A program made the translations under genes and the position numbers. DNA of 64,000 nt from Auanema rhodensis. Lineage: Eukaryota; Animalia; Nematoda. Every line of letters starts with the position of its first letter. The first letter of the stretch is position 1. The stretch covers positions 10,726,001 to 10,790,000 of the forward strand of contig OZ059896.1 in assembly GCA_964057225.1 (NCBI GenBank), in the 5' to 3' direction. Positions 39,602 to 53,682 of this stretch are shown one piece after another. Under the pieces are notes generated by a model. That model did not search any database. It saw only the letters and a program-made list of their open reading frames with translations, and was not told where the DNA came from.

Positions 39602-42600
39602 TTATCGAATACCCGCAATATCCCTTTTGATTCGTTTCTTATGGCTTTGTGATGTTACTTCTAGGTTAGTTACACGTTTCTTCATTTCTGATGACAATTC
39701 CTATAAATAATAAGATTTTCTTACATCTAAATTTGGCAAATTAAATAAATAAAACTTGATCGCAAATTTTTGCAAGAGAATGATAAGTTGTTGCAGCATT
39801 AAAGTTAATATAATAACTTACATTAAATGACGTATACATATTATTGAGCTGATCATCAATTTGCTCAATTTGATTTTTTAATCGAAGTAATTGTTCGTCT
39901 ACTGATAATATATTGAATGTTTCATCAATCTCTCCTGTATTTTCACGAAGTAAATTTTGTGATTCTAACCATTCGGAAGCTGTAACAAATTAATTTCATA
40001 GTTATGATATATGCATGAGTTATTAATACCATTTTTGATAATCACTTCTCTTGCTGTAGGATAATCTTGAAGTACAGCAGCTACATCATCTTGATTTAGA
40101 ATGTAGACATCCGAATATCCTTCAGATCGTAATGAGCAATCACGATATTCTCCTTCAAGGAATTATATAAAGAAAATAAGAATTAAATATTTAATTACCG
40201 TAATTACATCCTTTAAGCCTTATCATTGACATTTCTCCAAATGTTGCTCCATCAGTTAAAGTCTTTAAAAATATTTAATTATATGTATATAAATAACATA
40301 AAAAACGTACATCAATCACATTCTTTGATGAATCATCGATCACATTCAATGTTCCTCGTTTAACTATATACATTTCCTTAAGTATATTATAATAATTTCA
40401 TAATTTTATATGAATTACCTTTGCCTTCTCTCCTGTCCTACATAAATAATCATTTGGATTAAAAATCTGTTGCTTAATTTTCATAACGATTTCATATAAG
40501 AATCCTGCTTCACAATTCTAAAATAAATTATTTATTAATAATTAATATAACTATATAGTATTATTAACCCTGAATAAAGAAACTCCTTTAATAGTCTCCA
40601 TATGTAAATTAACGGCTAATTGTCCTTGTAGACGTGGAGGAAGAACTTCCAGTAATTCCTTCAATATATAATATTCTTTAATTTTAATAAAATTCATAAC
40701 TTACAGCTTCATCAGTTAACTGATTTTGCTGATTCATATACATGAAGCAACTTAATACTCTTTCTTGTATATTGATATTGACAGCTCTAAAATACGTTTA
40801 ACATATATAATATATATATTTCAAAATTATTATTATAACCTATATTTCATATAAAATTTGATTGCATCCATTTTCTGTCGAAAATCATAAACACTTTGGT
40901 TCATTTCTGTTACAACACTACCAACACTTCCAATAATTGTAGCAAACACTAGCACTCCTTGAAATAAATGAATTTGTTATTTTATTATATTTCAAAACAA
41001 ATGAATGAAATTACCTATCATTGTGTCTGCTACTTCTAACATATTCTGTCCTGAGTTTGATGGATAAGGCTATAACAACAAATAAAATATTTTAACCGAA
41101 AATCAAAAAGAAATAAAAAGAAAAGAAGATTATAATACCTGTTGACCACATGTAGTTATAGTTAAAGCTGACCAATACATACTCATACTATATTCGCGCG
41201 AAAAATTTCCCATAAGAAGAGTATAAGATCTAGAACAAACAAAAAAAATAAATTATTATGAATTATAAATTATTATATTTTACTTATTTTTCCAAAATTC
41301 ATAAAGTTTTTCTGTATAATGTGGTCTCTCGTCATCTAATTTATCTGTTTTGGGTACTTCATCCATTAGACAACCAGGTTCATTCACCTGAAAATTAAAA
41401 TTTTTTGAATACATTTGTATGAATAAGATTTACATCACAAAGTGGTAATTTTGGATCAAAAACTTTATAATATGAGAACCCAAAAGCTCCTGGATCTTCT
41501 TCTGAAAATAGAATACGAATTAATTTATGCTGAATAATGGAACAATTATAAATTAATTTTATATAAAATATAAATAATATATAATTATTTTTTTATTATT
41601 AAAAAGAATTATTTAAATTTAAAAGAAAAATGTATATAGTTAGCATTATATTCAATATACCTGATAAGCCTTCTGCTAAACTGAATAAGAAATATACACA
41701 TGCATTCCAATGAAATATAATATAACAAGCGAATATTAAAAAGAAAATTTGTGCTCCATGTGGAAATGATGTTCGTTTAAGAGCCTTTTCATAAAAATCA
41801 GCAATACGATGTGCTAAAATATAAATATTTTATAAATTTATAAATAATTATTAAAACCTTTAAATAGTCTACCAAGCCTTAATAATGATATATGTGGATT
41901 AAGTATTAAAAATAGATCAAGAGGAACTAAACTTAGTATATCGAATAGTAATCGTCCACCAATCTAATATATTATATATTTATTTATTCATTTAATTATT
42001 ATATAATATATTTATTATTTTTAAAAATATTTTAGCAAATACCTCTAATGAGCCAAGATGAATATTTCCAATAATTGGACACGGATCATGAAGATAGTTT
42101 AAGAATGTTTTACCATGATTACGAACTTCCATACCTTCATAAATATATACTAAAATATAAATAATATAATAAATATATAAAATATAATAATACATTACTT
42201 TTTCTTGTCATTAATATACTGTCAATAAAATAAACAATATCAAAAATAAAGTTTAATAGTAACCATATATAATAAAATTTAAAATAAACATCTTCAAATA
42301 TGAATATAACTATAGCTATTGCATTATACACAATACCTAAAAGATTTATATTAAATTATTTTAATAATAAACAAATAATTATAATAAATTTGACAAACCT
42401 AAAGCTACTAACGTAGACCAATAGTAATAAAATGGTCCATTTGGATCAACATAAAAATATCTTACTTTCCTTAAAATAATTAATTATAATATATATTATA
42501 AAGAAATATAATAATGTATTACATTATGCCTCTAATGAACATTTCTTTAACAAATTGAAAACCTGATAAACGTTCTACTTCTTCTTCAATTTCAACAGCC

Positions 42601-43725
42601 ACAGATGTAGCTGCCTAAAATTAGAAATGAAATTATTCAAAAAATAATAATTAATATCTAAACTATCTGACCTGTGGTTCAAATATTTCAGAAGCAAAAG
42701 CATCGGAACGACGTTCATCTGGTCCATGATTGGATGTCATCCAGCTACGTAGAAGCTAAATATATAAATTAAAACAATGATATTAAATTAATTTAATATT
42801 ATATATATAAATTTATTATAATTAAAAGATTTAAATATATTATAATAAATTATAAATATATATTAAAATTATTTTTAAATATAACATTAAATATTAAAAT
42901 ATATTAAAATAATAAAATTATTTTTCTCATATATGAAGAAAATATCTAGAAGATCTATTGTCGAATGAAGATAAGAAATATTGATACGAGTTTGAGCACT
43001 GAAAAACGGTCGGCTTGGCAACAGGGAGCTCCCTTTCCCCCCTCATTCTCTCGGATTATCTTCTTTCCATCTTTCTCCCTCTAATATTTCATTGTCCCTT
43101 TATATCAGCATTAGTCGTCCTCTTAATTCTATATCTATTATTTCCCTAGTTACATGCTTGACTACTTATCCTCATGAGTTGAAAAAAAATAGAACAAATA
43201 GATGTATGATATATGATATAAACATAAGAAATTAGTAATCTTATGAATACTGTTTCATTGCTTTTCCTATTTTCCTATTTTTTTTTCGAATTTGAGAAGA
43301 TTGAAGAAAAAAAAATAAAAAAAAGTTTTTTTTTCTAAATTAAAAAAATAAATAAATATTACCATAGTTGTTTTTACAACATCTCGAAAACTATTCTGCT
43401 GATTTGGCTTGTTTTCATTCAAGTTTATACGCTCGACCTTCGTTATATCTAATTTTGAATTACGTTGCTGTAATGTTCGAGTAACCTGAAAATCATAAAA
43501 TAAACAAAAAATGAAAATAAAACAAAAACAAAAAAACACAAAATATAAATAATATTTTCTACTTAAATTAATAATTATAATGATAAATTATAATAATTCT
43601 TGTATTTATATAAATAATATTCAAAGTATTACCTTAGTTTCATCAATTACAATATTGGTTATGATGCTTGCACCAGACTTTGAATCTTTCGAAATTTCAT
43701 TTTTTTCGAGATTTGCATCACTCAT
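39602..43725 (-). CDS. cng-2: Cyclic nucleotide-gated channel subunit (nematode cng-2-like)
   Basis: Motifs YVDPNGPFYYYW, LSLVPLDL, HWNACVYF, pore YWSALTITTCGQQPYP, GVLVFATIIGSVG, LPPRLQGQLAVNLH, FGEMS and LRSEGYSDVY. Ends KRDIAGIR*. The family is certain; the paralog name is from recalled similarity and less certain. Confidence 0.85.
43009..43022. promoter_or_regulatory. X-box-like (RFX/DAF-19) site in a CNG channel intron
   Basis: GTCGGCTTGGCAAC: strong GGCAAC half-site and an imperfect second half. Confidence 0.35.
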
Positions 43726-44444
43726 TCTAAAATATAAAAATATAAGAAATGGATATTTTATAACAGAATAGTAAAAATGATTGATCTATAACCAAAAAGA
43801 AATTATAAATACAATATAAAAATTTGAGTTCCGATATAATGCCTAGCAACAGTTTTTATACAAACCATCAATTATTGGGAATAGATAATAGTTTAAAATG
43901 AATAAAATAATCAAAAAACTGTTCAACAAAAGGAAACAAAAAGAAAAAAAAATTAAATTTTCTGTAAGAAAAATCATGTTTAGTTAGTTCTATATGAATA
44001 TATATCTATCATATAATATATCTATCTATATATCTATCTATCTATATGAATGAATATAATAATCATAACAATAGATGTTAATATTTTCATCTGCAATAAG
44101 AGAAAATACATTGATTTCATACATATATTATGTATATTATAAAGAAAAATTAAAGAACAACGTTTTTTTTTAATTAAAAAAGAAAGAAAGAAAGTATTAT
44201 AAAAATACAAAAAAAGTTTATTGTTTATAATATAAATTATCTACTTAACTATATAAATACATAAAATATACTATATTATATACATATATTTAATAAAAAT
44301 GAATGATTTTCATATAAATTTATTAAAAATGAGCAATATGGCTACCGAATGTATCTATCTATCTCTCTCATTAAAATACATAGATAAGCATAAAGGAAGT
44401 TAAATAAGAACAAATGGTTCAAATCTGATATAAAAACTTTTTGT

Positions 44445-44457
44445 GTTGCTAAGTAAC
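44445..44457. promoter_or_regulatory. 13-bp X-box-like site ~720 bp upstream of the CNG ATG
   Basis: GTTGCT-A-AGTAAC. Confidence 0.4.
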
Positions 44458-44733
44458 AGGATCATATATAATTTTACCTGTGTGTTAACAATATATCCTC
44501 TTATAATCTATTCGGGTGAATTAAAGCAAAAACGGAAATTAATTAGCTGAGCTAAATTTCATATCCATATTGTGAAAACCTTATTGAGTATTTAGATTGA
44601 ATGGAATTTAACTAAAACCATATTTATATTTCTCAAATAATAGTGAAATATTTATAAGAATAAAGAGGAAAGAATAATTAAATTAATACTTACTTTTTAC
44701 TATGTTAAGACGTTAAAAATATATTATAATATA

Positions 44734-45059
44734 TTAGGTGTGTCAATTGAAACGTGGCCATAGTGTGTTATGTCAAAAAAAATTAAAAAATCAGTTTAAA
44801 GCGAAAAAGATTTATTTTCAAAAGTATTGTCCCCACCTTTCTATTACTTTCTTCCATCTCTTCTCTAGATTTCTAATTCCATTCCTGAAAAATAACTTAG
44901 ATTTTGAATCAAAAAAAGTTTTTAAAAAAGTTTCAACTTCCCCTATAGTTTTGAAGCTTTCCCCTCTTAAACTATGTTCCATGGACCTGAACAGATGGTA
45001 ATCTGTTGGTGCAAGGTCTGGAGAATAAGGGGGATGCTTCAAAACTTCCCAATCCAGCT
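44734..45059 (-). mobile_element. 3' fragment of a mariner (DD34D) transposon: transposase C-terminus plus one TIR
   Basis: LDWEVLKHPPYSPDLAPTDYHLFRSMEHSL...GIRNLEKRWKKVIERWGQYF*. Putative TIR TA|TTAGGTGTGTCAATTGAAACG at 44734. No 5' half seen in the window. Confidence 0.9.
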
Positions 45060-45346
45060 AATATTATATTTATTCGACTAGTCTCCCTCTTTCCACCCCC
45101 CCCCCCTTCATCACCAACTACCGACTCCTCTACTCGCTCACTGGATTCGATGATTACAGATTCCCCGCTCTTCCGAACTTTTTTTTTCAAATAATTTTTT
45201 ATTTGAAAAAACATAAAGGCAAATGCCGAAAAGCACAAATTTGTAAGTTCCCCGAACTTAAAAAGTATAACTTCATAATTTGTCCATGTACAAAACAAAA
45301 ATGAATTAACAAATTTTAATGAAACGGTTGTATGACAAATGAAATT

Positions 45347-48293
45347 CAAGATTTGTTCACAAAAAAGTTCAGGCTGTTCACTAAAATCATTCACTAAAAT
45401 CAAATTAAAACACTCGAAGGTTGGGTATTCAGATGTGTAGAATCTGAGTTTCCTAGTGAGATTTGGCTAGGGCTTCTGTATTTTCCGGAAAAAGGGTTTA
45501 TGCCGAGCCTATCCACAAGATTTGTTCACAAAAAAGTTCAGGCTGTAGGCACGTTGTGCTGGGTGAATGTTCGATTTTCTCAAAGATCATTCACTAAAAT
45601 CAAATTAAAACACTCGAAGGTTGGGTATTCAGATGTGTAGAATCTGAGTTTCCTAGTGAGATTTGGCTAGGGCTTCTGTATTTTCCGGAAAAAGGGTTTA
45701 TGCCGAGCCTATCCACAAGATTTGTTCACAAAAAAGTTCAGGCTGTAGGCACGTTGTGCTGGGTGAATGTTCGATTTTCTCAAAGATCATTCACTAAAAT
45801 CAAATTAAAACACTCGAAGGTTGGGTATTCAGATGTGTAGAATCTGAGTTTCCTAGTGAGATTTGGCTAGGGCTTCTGTATTTTCCGGAAAAAGGGTTTA
45901 TGCCGAGCCTATCCACAAGATTTGTTCACAAAAAAGTTCAGGCTGTAGGCACGTTGTGCTGGGTGAATGTTCGATTTTCTCAAAGATCATTCACTAAAAT
46001 CAAATTAAAACACTCGAAGGTTGGGTATTCAGATGTGTAGAATCTGAGTTTCCTAGTGAGATTTGGCTAGGGCTTCTGTATTTTCCGGAAAAAGGGTTTA
46101 TGCCGAGCCTATCCACAAGATTTGTTCACAAAAAAGTTCAGGCTGTAGGCACGTTGTGCTGGGTGAATGTTCGATTTTCTCAAAGATCATTCACTAAAAT
46201 CAAATTAAAACACTCGAAGGTTGGGTATTCAGATGTGTAGAATCTGAGTTTCCTAGTGAGATTTGGCTAGGGCTTCTGTATTTTCCGGAAAAAGGGTTTA
46301 TGCCGAGCCTATCCACAAGATTTGTTCACAAAAAAGTTCAGGCTGTAGGCACGTTGTGCTGGGTGAATGTTCGATTTTCTCAAAGATCATTCACTAAAAT
46401 CAAATTAAAACACTCGAAGGTTGGGTATTCAGATGTGTAGAATCTGAGTTTCCTAGTGAGATTTGGCTAGGGCTTCTGTATTTTCCGGAAAAAGGGTTTA
46501 TGCCGAGCCTATCCACAAGATTTGTTCACAAAAAAGTTCAGGCTGTAGGCACGTTGTGCTGGGTGAATGTTCGATTTTCTCAAAGATCATTCACTAAAAT
46601 CAAATTACAACACTCGAAGGTTGGGTATTCAGATGTGTAGAATCTGAGTTTCCTAGTGAGATTTGGCTAGGGCTTCTGTATTTTCCGGAAAAAGGGTTTA
46701 TGCCGAGCCTATCCACAAGATTTGTTCACAAAAAAGTTCAGGCTGTAGGCACGTTGTGCTGGGTGAATGTTCGATTTTCTCAAAGATCATTCACTAAAAT
46801 CAAATTAAAACTTTCGAAGGTTGGGTATTCAGATGTGTAGAATCTGAGTTTCCTAGTGAGATTTGGCTAGGGCTTCTGTATTTTCCGGAAAAAGGGTTTA
46901 TGCCGAGCCTATCCACAAGATTTGTTCACAAAAAAGTTCAGGCTGTAGGCACGTTGTGCTGGGTGAATGTTCGATTTTCTCAAAGATCATTCACTAAAAT
47001 CAAATTAAAACACTCGAAGGTTGGGTATTCAGATGTGTAGAATCTGAGTTTCCTAGTGAGATTTGGCTAGGGCTTCTGTATTTTCCGGAAAAAGGGTTTA
47101 TGCCGAGCCTATCCACAAGATTTGTTCACAAAAAAGTTCAGGCTGTAGGCACGTTGTGCTGGGTGAATGTTCGATTTTCTCAAAGATCATTCACTAAAAT
47201 CAAATTAAAACTTTCGAAGGTTGGGTATTCAGATGTGTAGAATCTGAGTTTCCTAGTGAGATTTGGCTAGGGCTTCTGTATTTTCCGGAAAAAAGGTTTA
47301 TGCCGAGCCTATCCACAAGATTTGTTCACAAAAAAGTTCAGGCTGTAGGCACGTTGTGCTGGGTGAATGTTCGATTTTCTCAAAGATCATTCACTAAAAT
47401 CAAATTAAAACACTCGAAGGTTGGGTATTCAGATGTGTAGAATCTGAGTTTCCTAGTGAGATTTGGCTAGGGCTTCTGTATTTTCCGGAAAAAGGGTTTA
47501 TGCCGAGCCTATCCACAAGATTTGTTCACAAAAAAGTTCAGGCTGTAGGCACGTTGTGCTGGGTGAATGTTCGATTTTCTCAAAGATCATTCACTAAAAT
47601 CAAATTAAAACACTCGAAGGTTGGGTATTCAGATGTGTAGAATCTGAGTTTCCTAGTGAGATTTGGCTAGGGCTTCTGTATTTTCCGGAAAAAGGGTTTA
47701 TGCCGAGCCTATCCACAAGATTTGTTCACAAAAAAGTTCAGGCTGTAGGCACGTTGTGCTGGGTGAATGTTCGATTTTCTCAAAGATCATTCACTAAAAT
47801 CAAATTAAAACACTCGAAGGTTGGGTATTCAGATGTGTAGAATCTGAGTTTCCTAGTGAGATTTGGCTAGGGCTTCTGTATTTTCCGGAAAAAGGGTTTA
47901 TGCCGAGCCTATCCACAAGATTTGTTCACAAAAAAGTTCAGGCTGTAGGCACGTTGTGCTGGGTGAATGTTCGATTTTCTCAAAGATCATTCACTAAAAT
48001 CAAATTAAAACTTTCGAAGGTTGGGTATTCAGATGTGTAGAATCTGAGTTTCCTAGTGAGATTTGGCTAGGGCTTCTGTATTTTCCGGAAAAAGGGTTTA
48101 TGCCGAGCCTATCCACAAGATTTGTTCACAAAAAAGTTCAGGCTGTAGGCACGTTGTGCTGGGTGAATGTTCGATTTTCTCAAAGATCATTCACTAAAAT
48201 CAAATTAAAACACTCGAAGGTTGGGTATTCAGATGTGTAGAATCTGAGTTTCCTAGTGAGATTTGGCTAGGGCTTCTGTATTTTCCGGAAAAA
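45347..48293. repeat. Homogeneous tandem array of a 200-bp unit, ~14.5 copies plus a partial first unit
   Basis: Exact 200-bp period from 45387 to 48293. Few variants: cttt for cact at 46811, 47211 and 48011; single changes at 46608 and 47294. Confidence 0.98.
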
Positions 48294-51200
48294 ATCACAT
48301 TTTTAGTTATTCAAGCTAAAGTCGAATAAATATAAAGAATATTATATTAAATATTAAAATTATATAATTAAAAATAGATAATTACATATAGTATGTATGT
48401 GGATTACATGTTGTATTGTTTTATATTGGTTATATCAAATTATTTATAAAAATAAATTTAAAAAAAAACAAATAATTATAGTCTGAAACATATAGTAAAT
48501 AGAAAATATGTTTAAGTATATATATGTATATATATATTTTATTTTTTTCAAATAAAAAATTATTTGAAAAAAAAAGTTTCTGTATTCTCATAATCATTAT
48601 GTATAAATTATTTATAAAACTTTTTTTTTCATTTTTTATTCGTTAAAGTTGTATAATGTGGTAATTTGAGTACATTGTCACAACTTTTATCAATAAATTT
48701 TTTTATTTTATTTTTTTGCCACTTCACACATGGCTGTCTTCTGACTTTTGTTTGGAGGATCATACCCAAGCTTCTGAGAGGTTTTGTTAAACTTTCTCTT
48801 CCCATGGATAATCATCATCAACTCACTATAAACGATTGAACGTTGATGATGACAATCTCATTTCATGAATCTACTATTGCATTTTATTTTTATTTCCTCA
48901 ATTTTTTTCGTTTTTCTTTCTTCCTAAATCTTATTTTTCATTTAAGAATATTCTTTATTTTTGTTTAATTTTAAGCAATTTCCTATTCAATCCTTTATCA
49001 TTATCCTTAATTGGTATTGCCATTTTTAAATTTTTTTTGCAAATTTAAAGTTTTGCTTTGTTTTTCGAGTAATTTTTTTCAATAAACTTCCCTTCAAAAA
49101 ATATAAGATTTTTCTATTAAAATTTTATAATTTTGGAGTAAAAAAGGAATAAGTTAGATTATAATATATAAATAAATAATGTTTCTTTTCATTTTATAAA
49201 TCAATTTTACTATAATTTACTTGAAACATTTGAATGGCCACAGCCTATAAAGCAGCAACATTTCATTAAATGATATCTTTGTACTTTGGAAATTATTCAG
49301 AAAAATGTTACTAAAAGATGGCAATAGTGGGAAAAAGTGATAGAATGAGATGAGGGTGGAAGAGATATAGATTAAAGAAGGTGGAAGCTGACAGTGAAAC
49401 TGGATGTCAGTTGTTATATTTTGGTGGAAAAAATCTGCTCCTTCTATTTCGTTTGAGCAACTGAGCGTATCATTATCGAAAATCATTAGTTCTTCTAGCT
49501 AGTTCACGAGATGAGATAAGGTTCAAGTTGTAGAGTCCGGAAGACAAGAAGATGAGCTCTGAAGCCGATGTACGAAGTGAAGTCAAGAGTGAAAAGCGTG
49601 ACAGGAGAGATTGAGAAAGTCTTGAACAATCTGGAAAAACATTCGCTTCTCGTCACTTTATGTTGTGACGGTTTTCCTATCCTCTGACATAAAAAGAATG
49701 CAAATCTAAAATATAGAAAAGGAGAAGCAAACGCAAAAGATGCCACTAAATCCAATGAAGCAGACATTTCACGGTTTCTGCTCTTATTTTCTTTCTGCTG
49801 AAAGTAGGCTTTGAATCACGAAAAAGCAAAGAAGATAGAAAGTAGAATTAAGAGAAAAAAAGAAAAAAAATGAATCTCGATCAAGATTCAATTATGGACA
49901 TCTTCTACCTCATCATATGTTATTCTATGATACTAAAATATATTGAATAATAAATAAAGAAGACAAGAATCATTAGTTATAAAAACTAAATATACTCATC
50001 TACTTTCTTTTTCATTTTTTTTATAGTTTTACCAACTATTTTCTTCAATTTTCGCTGTATAATCCTTCAAATCTTATTTTTTTCTCTCTACTTCGTGTAG
50101 TTGCATGTTGACGGTCATTCAAATGGACAAGGTGCATTCATCAAAAATCTTTTTCAAGTTCTTTTGTATATTTCCTCTAAGTTTAACCTTATCTCTCTTA
50201 TACTTTCTTATTTTCTCTCAGTCAACCTCACAATTGGCCTCTATTCTATTTCTCTCTATCTCTCTATCTCTCGCTTTTCCTCACATTCTTGTTCTTACTC
50301 TCACTCTCCCTATCTTCTCAGCTTATCCCAAAGAGCTTTAAGCATCATTTCTCTTTTTATTCATCTCTTTCAATCTGCTCTCTCTTTAATTTTCTCTTTT
50401 TCCTTCTCTCTTACTTCCGTTCTCTTAATTTCTTCTTCTCACTCTCTCTCTTTCTCTCTTTTATTTATTTCATTCTTTTACTATCTTCTTATTCTCATTT
50501 TTTCTTATACATGTCGCTAATAGTATAGTTGTAATATCAAAAATTAAACATTTTTTCTCAAATCAGCCATGATATCCTGTTTTATATTCATAATTCTTTT
50601 ACATATCTCATTTTTTAAAATTTTTGTCAAATTTAAGGAAATGATTTTCCTGTTTTATCTCATCTCATCCTCATTAAATACTGTGTGTGTGTTTTTTTTT
50701 GATCAAATTAATATTTTATTCTAACTTAACACTTCGTTTCCGTTAAAATTTCTATAAATTTCCTTTTTTTTAATCTATTTTTACTCATCATTTCAATTTC
50801 AAAATCATTTACTTTATCTGTACAAAGAAATAAAATAAAAAAACATTCAAATCAAATTGGATTCGGATTAAAGTAATTTTTCTCTTAAATACTTCTCTTT
50901 TTCTCATGATCATGATCATGATGTTCCTAGACAAAACATGATTAGTAAGAACATTCTATTCTTCATTCTGTCTTTCTATTTCTCTCTCTCTCTCTCACAC
51001 CTCCCTCCCCCTCTCTATCTCACCTCTCCCTCTCTCTCTATTCTATACCCTTGACTTCATTATATGCTTCAAATATTTTTTTAAATATTTTTCTCTAAAC
51101 TTTTTTCAATATATATGTATGTATATATGTAATTCTCAATTCTGGCCATGCTCACGTCACTGCCATCGTTACCACGTTTTGCCGATTCTAACGTCGTCAC

Positions 51201-52924
51201 TATCAGGCCTCATCCACTCTTTCATTAGCTGCTCCGTCTGAATTCGAAAATAGAAGCGCTCATCTCATTTTGTAAAGCTTTAATCTAATCCAATCCTATT
51301 TTTAATTTTAATTGTTATATTTTTAGATTTTTAACATTCATTTTCCTTCTATATTTATCTCTTTTTTACTATCTTTTTACTTAACCCCACCTCTATCTCT
51401 CTTTTCACCACCCTCCTCTCTCTCTTTTCATCTCTCTTTCTTTTTTCTCTCATTTTTTCTTCCTATTTCAATACTTAACCCTATTTTTCCTTTGACTATG
51501 TCTGATTTTCTCTTCGTCAGTCGTTTGGTTTCAATTTTCCTAAAACTCTCTAAAAATCTTTTTCGTGTTCAGCTGTTAATATGATCTCATTTTGATTTGT
51601 TCATGCCATTCATTTCACTCGTATCATCATCCTTAGATGACGTTATCTGAATCTTACTACTTCAATTCGACTTTTTCTATTTTTAAGATAAACGCCTACT
51701 AATAACTTCTTTCATGGAATTTTAAATAAGAACATTTTCTAGCAATATGTTCATTTTCAATATATTTTTCTCGTTCCACTATTTACTAAACATTTGCAGT
51801 TTTCTTTCTTTTTTTTTCTTCTTTAATTTTTGCATGTTTTGAATTTTAATTTGAATCTAAAGAGTTGACTGCAATCTGGAAAAACCCATCTTCCTCCGTT
51901 TCGTTTTGTCTGATTTCAACATCCAAGAAAACTTGCTTCTCGTTCTGAGTACATTGAACTCCGTATATCAAAATAACTTCAGATATCACATGTTTTCTAA
52001 GTTTTTTGTTTTCACAGAAAAACAACATAATGTTGAATGTCCACGTAATTTCCATAATTTCTCATTAATTTGATCTTCATCAGAAACATTTTTCTCAGCT
52101 TAGCATCAAGTTCATTATTCTTATGCATGCCCTAAGATGATGAGCAGGCTTTTCCTTTCAATGAACTAAATGAAATTTAAATACCGATGCTTGAGAATTT
52201 TCTTTCTGCATTGGAACCTTTCTATTCCGATTCTAACCAATAGTTAATTCTATATGGAATTTTTCCTCTCGTTCTTTTCGCTTACAGCATTTCCTGAATC
52301 TTCTTCATAATCAGGTTTTCATTCATTATTAATCAGTATTATCAAAAACTAGGTAATATAGTATATAAATTATATGAAAGTATTATATATATATATATAT
52401 ATATCTTTATTTTTTTATTTATTTATTCATTCATATGAATATATATTGAAATGTTCATTTACTTCATTAATATGACGTCTAACCTTCTCTTTTCAGTTTT
52501 AATATTTTTGTTTATGTCAACACTATTTTACTTATAAATAAATAAATAAAAAATATTTTTTTTATATGAATATAGTATATTTAGTGAAATAATCTTACTT
52601 AATTAAAGTTTTTTTTTTCATTAATTATTTTGATTGTTTGTTGCTTTTATCATTATCTTTAAAGATAAATGTAATTCTTTCAATCAGTTTTATGTTCTCA
52701 AATTCTTTTTCTATTTTCTTTACTCTTCATCATCATACCTAGTTTTATTAGTTTCCATTTATCTATCTATCTATCTGTCCCTCTGTTACCCATCTCATTC
52801 GCTTTAGCTATAAATGCTTTTCCATTTAACTCGCTTTCCTTCATTTTTCAAAAAAAAAAAAAAATTCAAACTGAGGTATTACAGATCAAACGCATTCAGT
52901 ACAAGTGATGCAGATATTTTCCAA

Positions 52925-53682
52925 ATGGACTTAAATCATGAAGAAAAGAAAAAATTTCGTTGTTTATTTGGTTTTGCTCATGTATTAGTAAGTTTTAATA
53001 AATATTTCTATGTATTTTAATCAAAATAAAAAAGTTCTACTATTTCTTTCTTCATATAATATTATTTTATTATTAATTACTTTATAATATTTTTCAAAAA
53101 AATATTATAAATAATTATAAATATTTAAATATAAATAAACATTTATTTAGGTAGCTACTAAAGTGACAATAATATATTTTATAATATGGAATATTTTATT
53201 ATCCTTTCTACCTATGCCTCCTTATGCTATTTATGTTGGAATATTTGGATTAATTATGTGTATCATAGCTTTGTATGGTATTTTTATCAGGAATAAGCAT
53301 ATCTTACTGGCATTTTATTTTTATGTCGTAAGTTTTTAGTTTTAGTTTTTCATTTTATAAAAATATTTAACTTCAACTAAAAATATTCAAATTTCAGGTT
53401 GCTTCATTGTTTTTCTTATTAATTCTTGGTGGATATTTCTTTTTAGTAAATATATTTGATAAGGAGAGAGTTAAAGGTTTTTGTGCTTTATTTAAATTTA
53501 AATTTACAATTGAGTTTTCAGAAGCATTTGGACCAAAGTTCGATGATTTATCTATACTTGGCCATTTACTGGATGTTCTTCTCTTACTACTTCATTTTTA
53601 TTTGTTAAGCATTATCTGGAAATGCCGAAAATATTTTCAATTTGTTGAAACAAATCAAAACAAATGTAATCCGTTTTCCTAA
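52925..53682 (+). CDS. Small four-TM membrane protein (nematode LAPTM-like architecture)
   Basis: Four spliced exons: MDLNHEEKKKFRCLFGFAHVL|VATKVTII...ALYGIFIRNKHILLAFYFYV|VASLFFLL...|EAFGP...SIIWKCRKYFQF...*. Four hydrophobic segments. The true start may lie upstream. Confidence 0.7.

Noticed and set aside
43250-43258. piRNA Ruby motif CTGTTTCA
   Set aside because: Only a few scattered occurrences in the window and no cluster-like enrichment.
45470-45580. Heat-shock element array in the satellite (TTCcgGAA, GAAtgTTC)
   Set aside because: Only two nGAAn units are in register at each site; a third correctly phased unit is absent.
45347-48293. 200-bp array as a CRISPR array or hammerhead-ribozyme satellite
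   Set aside because: The units are identical with no variable spacers, and there are no cas genes. There is no CUGANGA core on either strand, although GAAAC follows a stem on the minus strand.
48700-49030. Missing 5' half of the mariner beyond the satellite
   Set aside because: No transposase motifs (WVPHEL, HDNARPH) or second TIR; the frames inspected were broken.
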